A stretch of 20,585 bases of DNA from Methanobacteriota archaeon (GTDB lineage: Archaea > Hydrothermarchaeota > Hydrothermarchaeia > Hydrothermarchaeales > JACRDW01): contig JBDRDL010000074.1 in the NCBI GenBank assembly GCA_043820925.1, forward strand, positions 1-20,585, written 5' to 3'. This document shows, piece after piece, positions 7,838 to 16,089 of this stretch. The first letter of the stretch is position 1. Every line of letters starts with the position of its first letter. The position numbers and the translations under genes are program-made. The notes below the pieces were generated by a model. The model worked only from the letters and a program-made list of their open reading frames with translations, was not told the DNA's origin and searched no databases.

Positions 7838-7870
7838 GTTTCAATCCTTGTTTTTATCGTTCCTACGAAT
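7838..7870 (-). repeat. Solitary CRISPR-repeat-like sequence (not an array)
   Basis: Minus strand ATTCGTAGGAACGATAAAAACAAGGATTGAAAC ends in the canonical ATTGAAAC handle; no second intact copy and no cas genes in the window. Confidence 0.4.
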
Positions 7871-7937
7871 CTCCTCAAAAAGTCTAACATCACTTCTGAC
7901 CCATCGTTTCTCTTTTCAATTTTTTTGAGTTTTGTTT

Positions 7938-8672
7938 TCATTCTATCTTGCTTTTTCTCCCCTTTATCACAAAACCAAAGATCACGGCGAGCATCAAAAG
8001 GTAAAATATCCCAGCCTTGATCGGTATCCTTTTTGTCTGGAAATTGAGAGAAAAGGAGGGATATCTCATGTCTTTTAGATCTATGGTTACAGTATTTTTA
8101 TCTTCATGGTATTTGCAGTTGTGGCATCTCACTTTCTTGACATTGGCCGGAAGCCCGATTTCTCCTTTAATAGATCCGTAGAGATATCTCCTCAATTCCG
8201 GACCGAGGGGTTCTATATTGATGGGCAGTGAGAGGGAGTAATAGTTACCCCAGAGCCCCATTCTGTATCTTTCCGGCATGGTAGAGTAGTTCATTTTAGA
8301 AATAATTGTTGTGCTCTCATTTTCCTCGATAGACAAGACCAAGCGATATTCTGAGCGGTATTTGTCCTCTTGGACCGTCTCCAGCTCGACCTTCCCCCCG
8401 TCAACAGAAACCTCCAGGAGCCCTGGTTTTCCCGTAAATCCATATCTAAGCGCAAACTTCATGGTTTCGTTGTACTGGTTTGAGAAACGGTGTTCGTACG
8501 TAAGACTTGTGTTTTTTATGTCCATGACGCCATTAACTTTTATATCAACCGGGATTGCAACGCCTTCCCCGCCGGTTTCTCTGTGAGCTATTACTTCATG
8601 AATTTCATAAGGTTGAGCAAGTGCTTGGGAAACTAGTAGTAGTGTAATTGCAACAAGCATAACTATTCTCAT
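7938..8672 (-). CDS. Hypothetical surface protein (signal peptide, beta-rich domain, C-terminal TM anchor)
   Basis: MRIVMLVAITLLLVSQALA signal peptide; C-terminal GIFYLLMLAVIFGFVI followed by a basic tail. Confidence 0.8.
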   Translation of the reverse strand: MRIVMLVAITLLLVSQALAQPYEIHEVIAHRETGGEGVAIPVDIKVNGVMDIKNTSLTYEHRFSNQYNETMKFALRYGFTGKPGLLEVSVDGGKVELETVQEDKYRSEYRLVLSIEENESTTIISKMNYSTMPERYRMGLWGNYYSLSLPINIEPLGPELRRYLYGSIKGEIGLPANVKKVRCHNCKYHEDKNTVTIDLKDMRYPSFSLNFQTKRIPIKAGIFYLLMLAVIFGFVIKGRKSKIE

Positions 8673-9245
8673 TCACATCACCAGCAGGAGGTACTGCAGT
8701 ACTATTCCAAGCCCGACCAGTGCAGAACCTACGAGCACGTGGTCGTAAAACGATTTTTCAATCTCAAGCTTCTTATCTTTTATCAGAAAGTACACGGATG
8801 AGCCTATGTGGAATCCGGCGCTGGCGGAGAATATCATAGCTGCTGTAAACACCAGCAGAACGGCGCCAACCTTGATATTCATTATAAAAGGAGTGAACTC
8901 CAGGATTTCAGCGAGAGAAGCCCCAGAGGCTATACCTATCACAAAAAGCAGTGTTACTGAGGGTATGCATATCAAAACACCGCTTGCGATTATGGAAACC
9001 GCCGGGACTATGTTCGACTTCAATACATCGAGGAGCTCTATCTCGTATTCGAAGGTAGGCGCAGCATAGCCGTAACCTCCCAGAGCTTTCATTGCATAGA
9101 TCGTTTCTCTGTGTATGGGATAGATCGGTTCAAAGCCAAATACTGGCCCATGAATTACATCTAAGAATCTCAGGGTGTAACCTATGAAAAATCCAGCGAA
9201 GAATACCATTCCTGCGAACCAGAGGAATTTTTTATTTTTCATCAC
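8673..9245 (-). CDS. Integral membrane protein, possibly a divergent SpoIIM/DUF95-like protein
   Basis: About 5 TM helices; 'VLKSNIV...GVLICIPSVTLLFVIG..SG' pattern resembles SpoIIM but the PHG motif is absent. Confidence 0.6.
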   Translation of the reverse strand: MMKNKKFLWFAGMVFFAGFFIGYTLRFLDVIHGPVFGFEPIYPIHRETIYAMKALGGYGYAAPTFEYEIELLDVLKSNIVPAVSIIASGVLICIPSVTLLFVIGIASGASLAEILEFTPFIMNIKVGAVLLVFTAAMIFSASAGFHIGSSVYFLIKDKKLEIEKSFYDHVLVGSALVGLGIVLQYLLLVM

Positions 9246-9343
9246 AGTGTTTAACTAGGTTAGGATTGTTTATAAAGCTATCGAAAACTTCGATTCTAAT
9301 TGAACCTATATCCATATACAGAAAATTCAAAACAGCGCAGATA

Positions 9344-10513
9344 CTACTTCAACAAATTCTCCAGCGAATCAAATCGAACCTTGAGCTTCGAAAGATTTGC
9401 GCAGTAAAACGCTGCCTTTGCAGAATTTACGCCCACTGCTTCTATTCCTAAATCTCTCAGCGGCGAGACCACCATACAGGTGTCGTAGATTACTTTTATT
9501 TTTTTGTTTTTAATGCGCTTTTCAACCAATTTGTTCTGCCTTGCGGTAAATGCCCAGACTTCTCGCTTTGGCTTCAGCTGCTCTATTTTTAATATTTCTG
9601 CAATGCTGCAGTGAGGGCAGCCGATGCAGATGGCATCTACTTCCTCTGCGCTGTTCAGTTTTTCATAGACTTCCTTCAGCTCCTCTCTCCCGAATTCTAT
9701 TTTTTCCCCTTTCTCTGAGCAGGTATTGGGAGTGACTCCTGGAATTTGAAACATATTTATCGTGCCCACGCCGAGCGCAGCGCTCAGAATTTTCAGCTCT
9801 TCTGCGGTTGGCGATTTCTGATAAGAAGCTGGCATGCTTGCCATCTTCCTGACGGAAGAGATGTTCTTGAATACCGGCACTCCCTCATAACCCGAAACAT
9901 AGTAGCCCATCGCAGAGTAGTCAGCCTCACTTCGCAGCTCTGTTTCAACTTCCACGGTAAAGGTGCCTTTCCTGTTCTCATCGAGGTGCAGGCCGCAGTA
10001 AGGAGTTTTTCCGAGCAAGGCTGAGGCAAGCGCTGAGACTGCGCTCTCCCTGTTTGTCCTCGCCCCCAGAACGCTGTTGGCAAAAACCACGCTGCTCGAT
10101 TCTGCCCACGCTACGTGCTCCCCGAAGTGGGGCAGGTTTCCGATTAAATAAGGGGCGCAGGTGCAGGAAGGAAGCATGCCCATTGCCTCGTAAGCCTTGA
10201 CTATGCGCAGCTGCTTCTTCGCAAAGTTCTCCTTAAAACCGAGCTCCCTCCATCTCTCTAAATCAATACCGGCAGGATTTATGGTAGCGAAAATTCTGGC
10301 TTTTGCTCCTTTAGAAGCCCAATCTTCAAGAAAATCCAAACCAGCGTCCCCAATCGTGGCATAGGAAACCCCGGAGACCTGAGCGCTCGCAACGTCTATC
10401 AGCTTTTCTGCTCCGTAGATGTCCCCCAGAACTACAAGCAGCTCCATTGCTTTCTTCGCTGCTTCTCCTTCCTCTCCTTGGAGAATCTTTTCCTCGTCCT
10501 TGGTCAGGTGCAT
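9344..10513 (-). CDS. Aconitase X catalytic/large subunit (DUF521); probable phosphomevalonate dehydratase large subunit
   Basis: MHLTKDEE start (alternative 10534), SAQVSGVSY, CTCAPY, AWAESS, NSVLGARTNRE, GCPH, DTCMVV, NSAKAAFY. Confidence 0.95.
   Translation of the reverse strand: MHLTKDEEKILQGEEGEAAKKAMELLVVLGDIYGAEKLIDVASAQVSGVSYATIGDAGLDFLEDWASKGAKARIFATINPAGIDLERWRELGFKENFAKKQLRIVKAYEAMGMLPSCTCAPYLIGNLPHFGEHVAWAESSSVVFANSVLGARTNRESAVSALASALLGKTPYCGLHLDENRKGTFTVEVETELRSEADYSAMGYYVSGYEGVPVFKNISSVRKMASMPASYQKSPTAEELKILSAALGVGTINMFQIPGVTPNTCSEKGEKIEFGREELKEVYEKLNSAEEVDAICIGCPHCSIAEILKIEQLKPKREVWAFTARQNKLVEKRIKNKKIKVIYDTCMVVSPLRDLGIEAVGVNSAKAAFYCANLSKLKVRFDSLENLLK
9815..9857 (-). repeat. 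43-nt imperfect palindromic element, copy 2 (inside the AcnX large-subunit gene)
   Basis: Minus strand TTCCGTCAGGAAGATGGCAAGCATGCCAGCTTCTTATCAGAAA flanked by TC on both sides; encodes SSVRKMASMPASYQK. Confidence 0.85.
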
Positions 10514-10607
10514 ACTAATAAATACTAGTTGCATTTAAATATACCTCCTCATTTGCGCAAGCAAGAGCGCAAGACCGACGCACTAGCTTCGCTAAGGAGG
10601 CGAGAGA

Positions 10608-10832
10608 ATGCATCCGAAAATAAAAAAAATCGAGAAAACCATTGAAAATTATGAGAGAGCTATAGCGAAGAGAGAGAAAGAAATCGAGCATTTTAAAGAC
10701 GTTATAAAGAAAGCAGCCGCCGAGCTGGAAAACCTGAAGAAAGAGGAAAAACCAGCAGAGAAGAAGCCTGAGAAGAAACCACCAACAAAAAAGCCTGTAG
10801 AGAAAAAGTCGATGCACGCCAAGAAAACTTAA
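10608..10832 (+). CDS. Small Lys/Glu-rich protein: coiled coil plus (E/T)KKP-repeat tail
   Basis: AGGAGG 7 nt before the ATG; heptad-like N-terminal helix; EKPAEKKPEKKPPTKKPVEKK tail. Confidence 0.7.
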   Translation: MHPKIKKIEKTIENYERAIAKREKEIEHFKDVIKKAAAELENLKKEEKPAEKKPEKKPPTKKPVEKKSMHAKKT

Positions 10833-10920
10833 AAAATGGGGGAGGGGCCCATGGAGCTAGTAAAAGTAGATACGTTGCTCCACAGGCACTAAAATTTTGG
10901 ATTTTTCACATATAAATAGC

Positions 10921-12177
10921 TTACGCTTGCACCTTCGCTCTCTCAAAATCTTTTTCCCTGCCCAGCGGTATTGTAGCGTCTATACCAACTTTTGCGGTAA
11001 GCCCGGTCTTGCTTGCGCTCGGGTCAAGCGAGGAGCCTCGGACATTCTTTATTATAACCGCATCTCTGTCTGCCTGAAATCTCGTCGCTATTGCAAATTC
11101 CACGCTGCTCGGGTCAAAAATATCTATGTCATCGTCGACTATAACAACGTGCTTCATGCTCGGGTGCGCTTGCAGCGCAGCATGAATAGCTTTTTTGCCG
11201 TCCTCTTCGCTTCTCTTAGAAATCGCAACCACGCCGTGCAGCCAGCTGCAGCCTCCTTCAGTCAGACAAACATTTTTTACGTCTGCAACTTTTTTGACTG
11301 CGTCGTATATCCTCGGCTCCTGTGGCATGCCCATGAGCAGCTTGTGCTCTATTCCTGAGTTGAGCAAGGCATGATAGACTGGCTCTTTTCTGTGCGCAAT
11401 GTACGAAACCTCGATCAGCGGCTGCTTTCTGGTGGTGTCGTAAGTACCTGTAATGTCTGCGAAAGGTCCCTCATCTGCTCTCTCTTGCAAAATCCTTCCC
11501 TCCATCACAATCTCTGAATAACGAGGCACTTCCAAGTCAACGGTCTTGCATTTGACTAATTCTACTGCCTTGCCCGAGAGCGAGGATGCGAGCTTGAGCT
11601 CATCGTATCCTAAAGGAGGGGAATAAGAGGCAGCAAATAGAACCGCAGGATGGATGCCGATTGCAATTGCAACTTCCAAGGGCTCGCCTCGCTGCTCTGC
11701 TCTCTGGTGGTAGAGATAAAGGTGGCGCTCGACGAGACGAATTGCCAGCTTTCTATCGCCGAGCACGAGCATCCTGTGCACAGACACATTTCTGCCATAT
11801 TCAGGGTCCTTGGCTATGACTATGCCTGAGGTAATGTACTTTCCTGCATCTTTCTCAAAGTGCTTTAAAATCGGCAGCTCGTTAAGACTTTTTTTCCTGA
11901 CTTCATAGCACTCTCCTTTTTTAACAACTACTGGCTCGACGGGATTATCCAACGCATTTGAAACAGTATCTATGTAGCCCTCTTTGGTGGTTCCAATAGC
12001 CCTGCATACGCTTTCTCTGGAAGGAGTCATATTTCCAACGACCCTGAAATCATAACCCCTAACTCTTTCAAAAAAAACAGTTTTATCTTGATTCTCTTGC
12101 AGTATTCTTGCAATCTCGTATTCTGTAGAAACTTTTTTTATTACGATTTCTTTCTTAATGAACTTTCGAAGCTGCAC
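10921..12177 (-). CDS. ubiD: UbiD-family prFMN decarboxylase; probable anhydromevalonate phosphate decarboxylase
   Basis: DAGKYITSG, RNVSVHR, EGPFADITGTY, GGCSWLH, VDDDID, GSSLDPS. GTG start overlaps the ubiX TAG (alternative 12186). Confidence 0.93.
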   Translation of the reverse strand: MQLRKFIKKEIVIKKVSTEYEIARILQENQDKTVFFERVRGYDFRVVGNMTPSRESVCRAIGTTKEGYIDTVSNALDNPVEPVVVKKGECYEVRKKSLNELPILKHFEKDAGKYITSGIVIAKDPEYGRNVSVHRMLVLGDRKLAIRLVERHLYLYHQRAEQRGEPLEVAIAIGIHPAVLFAASYSPPLGYDELKLASSLSGKAVELVKCKTVDLEVPRYSEIVMEGRILQERADEGPFADITGTYDTTRKQPLIEVSYIAHRKEPVYHALLNSGIEHKLLMGMPQEPRIYDAVKKVADVKNVCLTEGGCSWLHGVVAISKRSEEDGKKAIHAALQAHPSMKHVVIVDDDIDIFDPSSVEFAIATRFQADRDAVIIKNVRGSSLDPSASKTGLTAKVGIDATIPLGREKDFERAKVQA

Positions 12178-12713
12178 TACCCCCACCTCTTGTAAAGCTC
12201 GTTTTCCACTCCGAGAGAATCCAGAATCTTGCCTACTATAAATTCTACCAAATCCTCTACCTTCTTTGGATTGTGGTAAAATCCTGGCATTGCAGGAAGA
12301 ATGACAACGCCCAGCCTAGCTAACTTCAGCATGTTCTCCAGGTGAATTACAGAGAGGGGAGTTTCCCTGGGAACGAGTATGAGCTTCTTTTTCTCCTTAA
12401 TAGCAACATCTGCACTTCTGGTTATCAAATTGTGCGAAAAGCCGTTTGCTATTGCTGAGAGAGTTTTCATGCTGCAGGGCGCAACAACCATCGCATCTAT
12501 TTTAAAAGAGCCGCTTGAAAAAGGTGCCTCGATGTCTTTCTCGCTGTAGCATCCTCTTAGAATTTTTGGAGCTCCAATCTCATGCTTAATAATTTTTTTA
12601 GCTGTATCTGAAACTATGCACTCAGTTTGCACGCCTTTTTGCTTCAAAACTTCTAACAGTCTCAACCCGTATATAGCGCCGGAGGCGCCGGTTACGGCTA
12701 AAAGAATCTTCAT
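12177..12713 (-). CDS. ubiX: Flavin prenyltransferase UbiX
   Basis: AVTGASG, SSGS, PCSMKTL, RETPL, PAMPGFY motifs; true start MKILLAV at 12713. Confidence 0.96.
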   Translation of the reverse strand: MKILLAVTGASGAIYGLRLLEVLKQKGVQTECIVSDTAKKIIKHEIGAPKILRGCYSEKDIEAPFSSGSFKIDAMVVAPCSMKTLSAIANGFSHNLITRSADVAIKEKKKLILVPRETPLSVIHLENMLKLARLGVVILPAMPGFYHNPKKVEDLVEFIVGKILDSLGVENELYKRWG

Positions 12714-12732
12714 AGGTAATGCTTTAAGCAAA

Positions 12733-12744
12733 GTTATATATAAC
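12733..12744. promoter_or_regulatory. Palindromic TATA box probably shared by divergent ubiX and sppA
   Basis: GTTATATATAAC perfect palindrome centred about 26 bp from both start codons (12713 and 12765). Confidence 0.6.
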
Positions 12745-12764
12745 GATTGCCAAAAAGGAAAAGC

Positions 12765-13622
12765 ATGGCTGTAAGAGAAGCGCTGCACAGTCTAAGCACC
12801 TCTCGAATATTCTTAGTTTTGTCTGCCTTAATTATAGGTTACATAATTTTCAATGCTTTGGTAACGCAGCCCAAGGTAGGAGTAATAACGATAAGCGGCA
12901 CTATTGGTGACGAGGAGCGCATGGGCGGCATTACTGCAAGGGAAGTTGCGAGCATGCTCAGATATGCAAAGGGAGAGAGAAGCATTAAAGCGGTGGTGCT
13001 GGAGATGAACAGTCCAGGCGGACTCGCTTCAGCGAGCGAGGAGATATACATGAGTGCACTCGACTTAAAAAAAGAGAAGCCGCTCGTAGCTTCGATAAAC
13101 GGCATTGGCGCTTCTGGTGCTTACTACGCTGCGGTCGCCTCTAATTACATCTACGCCAAGCCTACCTCGATAGTGGGAAGCGTCGGAGTTGTTACAAAGC
13201 TGCCTACTCCGGAGAGACTTGACGAAGATACTCTAATCACAGGTCCATTCAAAGAAATGGGAGCATCGAGAAGAGACTGGGCTTATCAAACGCAGATGGT
13301 TGGGGAAACTTTCCTTCAAGCTGTAATGCTCCAGAGGAATGATAAACTGAAAATAAGCAGGGAAGAATTAGCCAGAGGCGAAGTTTATATCGGCACTCTT
13401 GCTCTGAGGTATGGACTTATAGATGAAATCGGCTCCACCGGCGATGCGATAGAAAAAGCTGCGCAGCTCGCTGGCATAGCGAATTATAAAGTTATGGACA
13501 TAGCAAAAGAGATGAACCTCACGCGAGCTGCCATGCCGTTCCTCGTGAATGAAACTCTCCTCCGCTCACCTACGAACACTGCTCCGATAAATTACTACAT
13601 CTACATGGAGTTTGAAAAATGA
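12765..13622 (+). CDS. sppA: Signal peptide peptidase SppA (S49, 36K type)
   Basis: N-terminal TM, NSPGG, GASGAYY, GSVGV, TGPFKE, GLIDEIG. Confidence 0.92.
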   Translation: MAVREALHSLSTSRIFLVLSALIIGYIIFNALVTQPKVGVITISGTIGDEERMGGITAREVASMLRYAKGERSIKAVVLEMNSPGGLASASEEIYMSALDLKKEKPLVASINGIGASGAYYAAVASNYIYAKPTSIVGSVGVVTKLPTPERLDEDTLITGPFKEMGASRRDWAYQTQMVGETFLQAVMLQRNDKLKISREELARGEVYIGTLALRYGLIDEIGSTGDAIEKAAQLAGIANYKVMDIAKEMNLTRAAMPFLVNETLLRSPTNTAPINYYIYMEFEK

Positions 13623-14431
13623 GAAAAATTCTTTTTGCATCGCTGGTAATAGGCTTTGTAATGCTGCAGGTTTTGATTTTCTACAGGGGAATATATATTC
13701 CTCCTCCTGTCAAGATGTATGAGCTGGAGAACGTTACGCTTGTCAAACCGGCTGCTGCAGAATTTGCTGATGTGTTTGAAAAGAAGGCCGGAGGAGCAGT
13801 CGTATTCGACCTGTCGCACGAAAATAATTTTTTGCCCAGTGAGCTAAATGCTCTTTACTCAAGAATCATTTCCAGGAATTGCACAGTCGAATATTTGCGG
13901 GAGGCTGAGAAGCTCAGCGCAGCTCTAGAAAACGCAAGCGCATTCGTTGTTATAGCTCCGGAAAAAGCTTTTTCAAGCGAAGAAACTTCGCTGGTGGAGA
14001 AATTTCTGGACAGAAATAAAACACTGCTTTTAATCGCTGACCCGGGAAGAACGAGCGAGATGAACAGCCTTTCCATGAAATTCGGAATAATATTCGAGGA
14101 CGATTATCTGTACAACTTAAAGGAGAATGACGGTAACTTCCAGTACATCTTCCTGAAGAATTTCAAGCAGAGCAGCATAACCAAAAACCTGAGTAAAATC
14201 GCTTTCTACGCAGCGGGCTCGGTAACTTCGCAGAATGGCAAGATAATACTTACCGACGAAAATACTCTCTCCTCAAAAAAAGAAGGAAAGGAATTTGCAG
14301 CTGCCGTGCTCCTCGAGGAGAGGCGTATTCTGGCACTCGGCGATTTTACCGTCCTGACAAGCCCTTACAACGCTGTTCTGGACAACCCAAAGTTTATTTC
14401 AAACATAGCTGATTATCTGGCTGGAAGTTAG
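13619..14431 (+). CDS. Membrane-anchored GldG/DUF4350-like (class I GATase-like fold) protein
   Basis: N-terminal TM; VVFDLSHEN, VIAPEKAFSSEE..LLLIADP, ILALGD...DN pattern; ATGA coupling to sppA. Confidence 0.65.
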   Translation: MRKILFASLVIGFVMLQVLIFYRGIYIPPPVKMYELENVTLVKPAAAEFADVFEKKAGGAVVFDLSHENNFLPSELNALYSRIISRNCTVEYLREAEKLSAALENASAFVVIAPEKAFSSEETSLVEKFLDRNKTLLLIADPGRTSEMNSLSMKFGIIFEDDYLYNLKENDGNFQYIFLKNFKQSSITKNLSKIAFYAAGSVTSQNGKIILTDENTLSSKKEGKEFAAAVLLEERRILALGDFTVLTSPYNAVLDNPKFISNIADYLAGS

Positions 14432-15603
14432 AGGTAATCCTCCAGCTTTACTTTTGAGACTTTTTCCACGTGCTCCTTTGGAGTATAAATTGCAACGTCC
14501 CACTGCCCCTTCCACGCTTCCTTCAATATTTTAACTAAGGGTGAGGCATCCTCAAGTTTTAGGAGCTTTCCGTCTTTTAAAATCGAGGCTCTCATTTCTT
14601 TATAAGGTAGTGAGGGTATGTCCAGCAGCACATAGCCGCGACTTAAACTGCATTCGCCAGCAATCACGTCTTCCAACTTCCGCCATTTTTCAACTTTTCT
14701 TCTCAACTTAAGTAACTTATCTCTCAGCGAGGCATCCAGCTCGTGCCATCCCCTGCTGTGCGCTTTTTTGAAAAGCTTTCTTTCATCGAATCTCTCGCCC
14801 ATTTCTCGAACATAGCCAGAGGAATTCCTGAATAGATTTTGTATGTCGTAGTCGTCCATTTTGTAGAGCATTTCGTAGTGCAGCAGTCCTTCCTCAATCG
14901 CTCTTTCAGTAGCCTTCAGAAACATGGCATCCGCTATTCTGCTCGTGTGGTGCAGGTAAACCGTAGGAGTCATTAAAAATCTCGCAACGAGCAGCGCTTC
15001 AACTGCTTTTAATCCGCCCTCCTCGACAACCAAATTTCCTTTGAAAATCTGCATCGTATTTATTAAGCGGTCCAAATCTACTATGCCGTAACCAACGCCG
15101 GTATGATGCGCATCTCTGACCAGGAAATCCATTCTGTCTACGTCAAACTCGCCTGAGATTATCTTGCTCAGGTAACTGCTGCCCTGCAGAATCGTAACAA
15201 TGTCTCTTGCCCCAATGCCGTTTTTTTCTATAATCCCAGATATTGCAGAACTCTCAACTATGCTTCTGGTTATTTTTTCGTGCGATTTGTTCAGGTAGCA
15301 CTCCAAGAGCGCTTCCGAAGTATGGGACAGCGGACCATGACCAATATCGTGCAAAAGCGCAGCGATTCTGATTTTCTTCTTATCTTCCCCGCTCAGCCCA
15401 AGTTTGTCAGCAACTCTGCCGGCCAGGTGCAGCGCTCCAAGAGAATGCTCGAAACGAGTGTGGTTTGCGCTCGGATAAACGAGATAGGTCATGCCGAGCT
15501 GCTTCAACCTCCGCAGCCTCTGAAACTCAAGAGTATCTACGATTTCAACTTCAACCTGCGTTAAAAAAATATCTCCGTGAATCGAATCCCGGATGAACCT
15601 CAT
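14428..15603 (-). CDS. HD-domain phosphohydrolase (dNTP triphosphohydrolase-like)
   Basis: RDSIHG, QRLRRLKQLG, HTRFEHSLG, HDIGHGPLSH, DVDRMDFLVRD. Confidence 0.93.
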   Translation of the reverse strand: MRFIRDSIHGDIFLTQVEVEIVDTLEFQRLRRLKQLGMTYLVYPSANHTRFEHSLGALHLAGRVADKLGLSGEDKKKIRIAALLHDIGHGPLSHTSEALLECYLNKSHEKITRSIVESSAISGIIEKNGIGARDIVTILQGSSYLSKIISGEFDVDRMDFLVRDAHHTGVGYGIVDLDRLINTMQIFKGNLVVEEGGLKAVEALLVARFLMTPTVYLHHTSRIADAMFLKATERAIEEGLLHYEMLYKMDDYDIQNLFRNSSGYVREMGERFDERKLFKKAHSRGWHELDASLRDKLLKLRRKVEKWRKLEDVIAGECSLSRGYVLLDIPSLPYKEMRASILKDGKLLKLEDASPLVKILKEAWKGQWDVAIYTPKEHVEKVSKVKLEDYL

Positions 15604-15639
15604 GTTTTATAATCTACAGGACGGCATATAAAACTATTT

Positions 15640-16041
15640 TTAAAAGAGATGAAAAACCTGTACCACGACTTCCCTGACCCTGGGACCGTCGAACTCTGCC
15701 AGAAATATCCTCTGCCATGTTCCGAGGGCAAGGCTGCCCTCGATTATCGGAACAACTTTATTCGGACCCAGAAGAATTGAGCGCAAGTGAGAGTGCGCAT
15801 TGTCGTCGATTCTGTCGTGCTCATATCCCCCGCCCTTCGGAACAAGCTCAACCAGCTTTTCGTAATCTCTCAGCAGCCCGGGCTCGTTCTCGTTTATGAT
15901 TATCGCTGTCGTAGTGTGCTTGGTGAATATATTTGCAGCGCCTTCTTTTACTCCGGATTCTCTGACGACTCTTTCTACCTCGCTGGTTATATCGATAAAT
16001 TGCACTTCTCTGGAGGTTTTTACGGTTACAAACCGAATCAT
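15640..16041 (-). CDS. yjbQ: YjbQ/UPF0047 family protein
   Basis: HTTTAIIINENE, YEHD, NAHSHL, LGTWQRIFLAEFDGPR. Confidence 0.93.
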   Translation of the reverse strand: MIRFVTVKTSREVQFIDITSEVERVVRESGVKEGAANIFTKHTTTAIIINENEPGLLRDYEKLVELVPKGGGYEHDRIDDNAHSHLRSILLGPNKVVPIIEGSLALGTWQRIFLAEFDGPRVREVVVQVFHLF

Positions 16042-16089
16042 GCTACTAATATGCAAAGAGTTTTATATTAATTTAATTAATTGCAAAGC

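Noticed and set aside
7764..7945. A true CRISPR array
   Set aside because: Only one recognisable repeat-like unit; neighbours are too degenerate and no cas genes are present.
7829..8020. 63-aa plus-strand ORF
   Set aside because: Overlaps the 7938-8672 gene antisense; its hydrophobicity reflects T-rich sequence; no SD.
421..9861. 23-bp inverted repeats as ends of a transposon or invertible segment
   Set aside because: Both lie inside intact genes that inversion would break, each is a self-contained hairpin, and there is no recombinase between them.
10544..10600. CCTCCT/AGGAGG pairing as an SD-sequestering switch
   Set aside because: Equally explained by two divergent SD-like sequences; CCTCCT is probably upstream of the plus-strand start given the TATA-like TTTAAATA at 10534.
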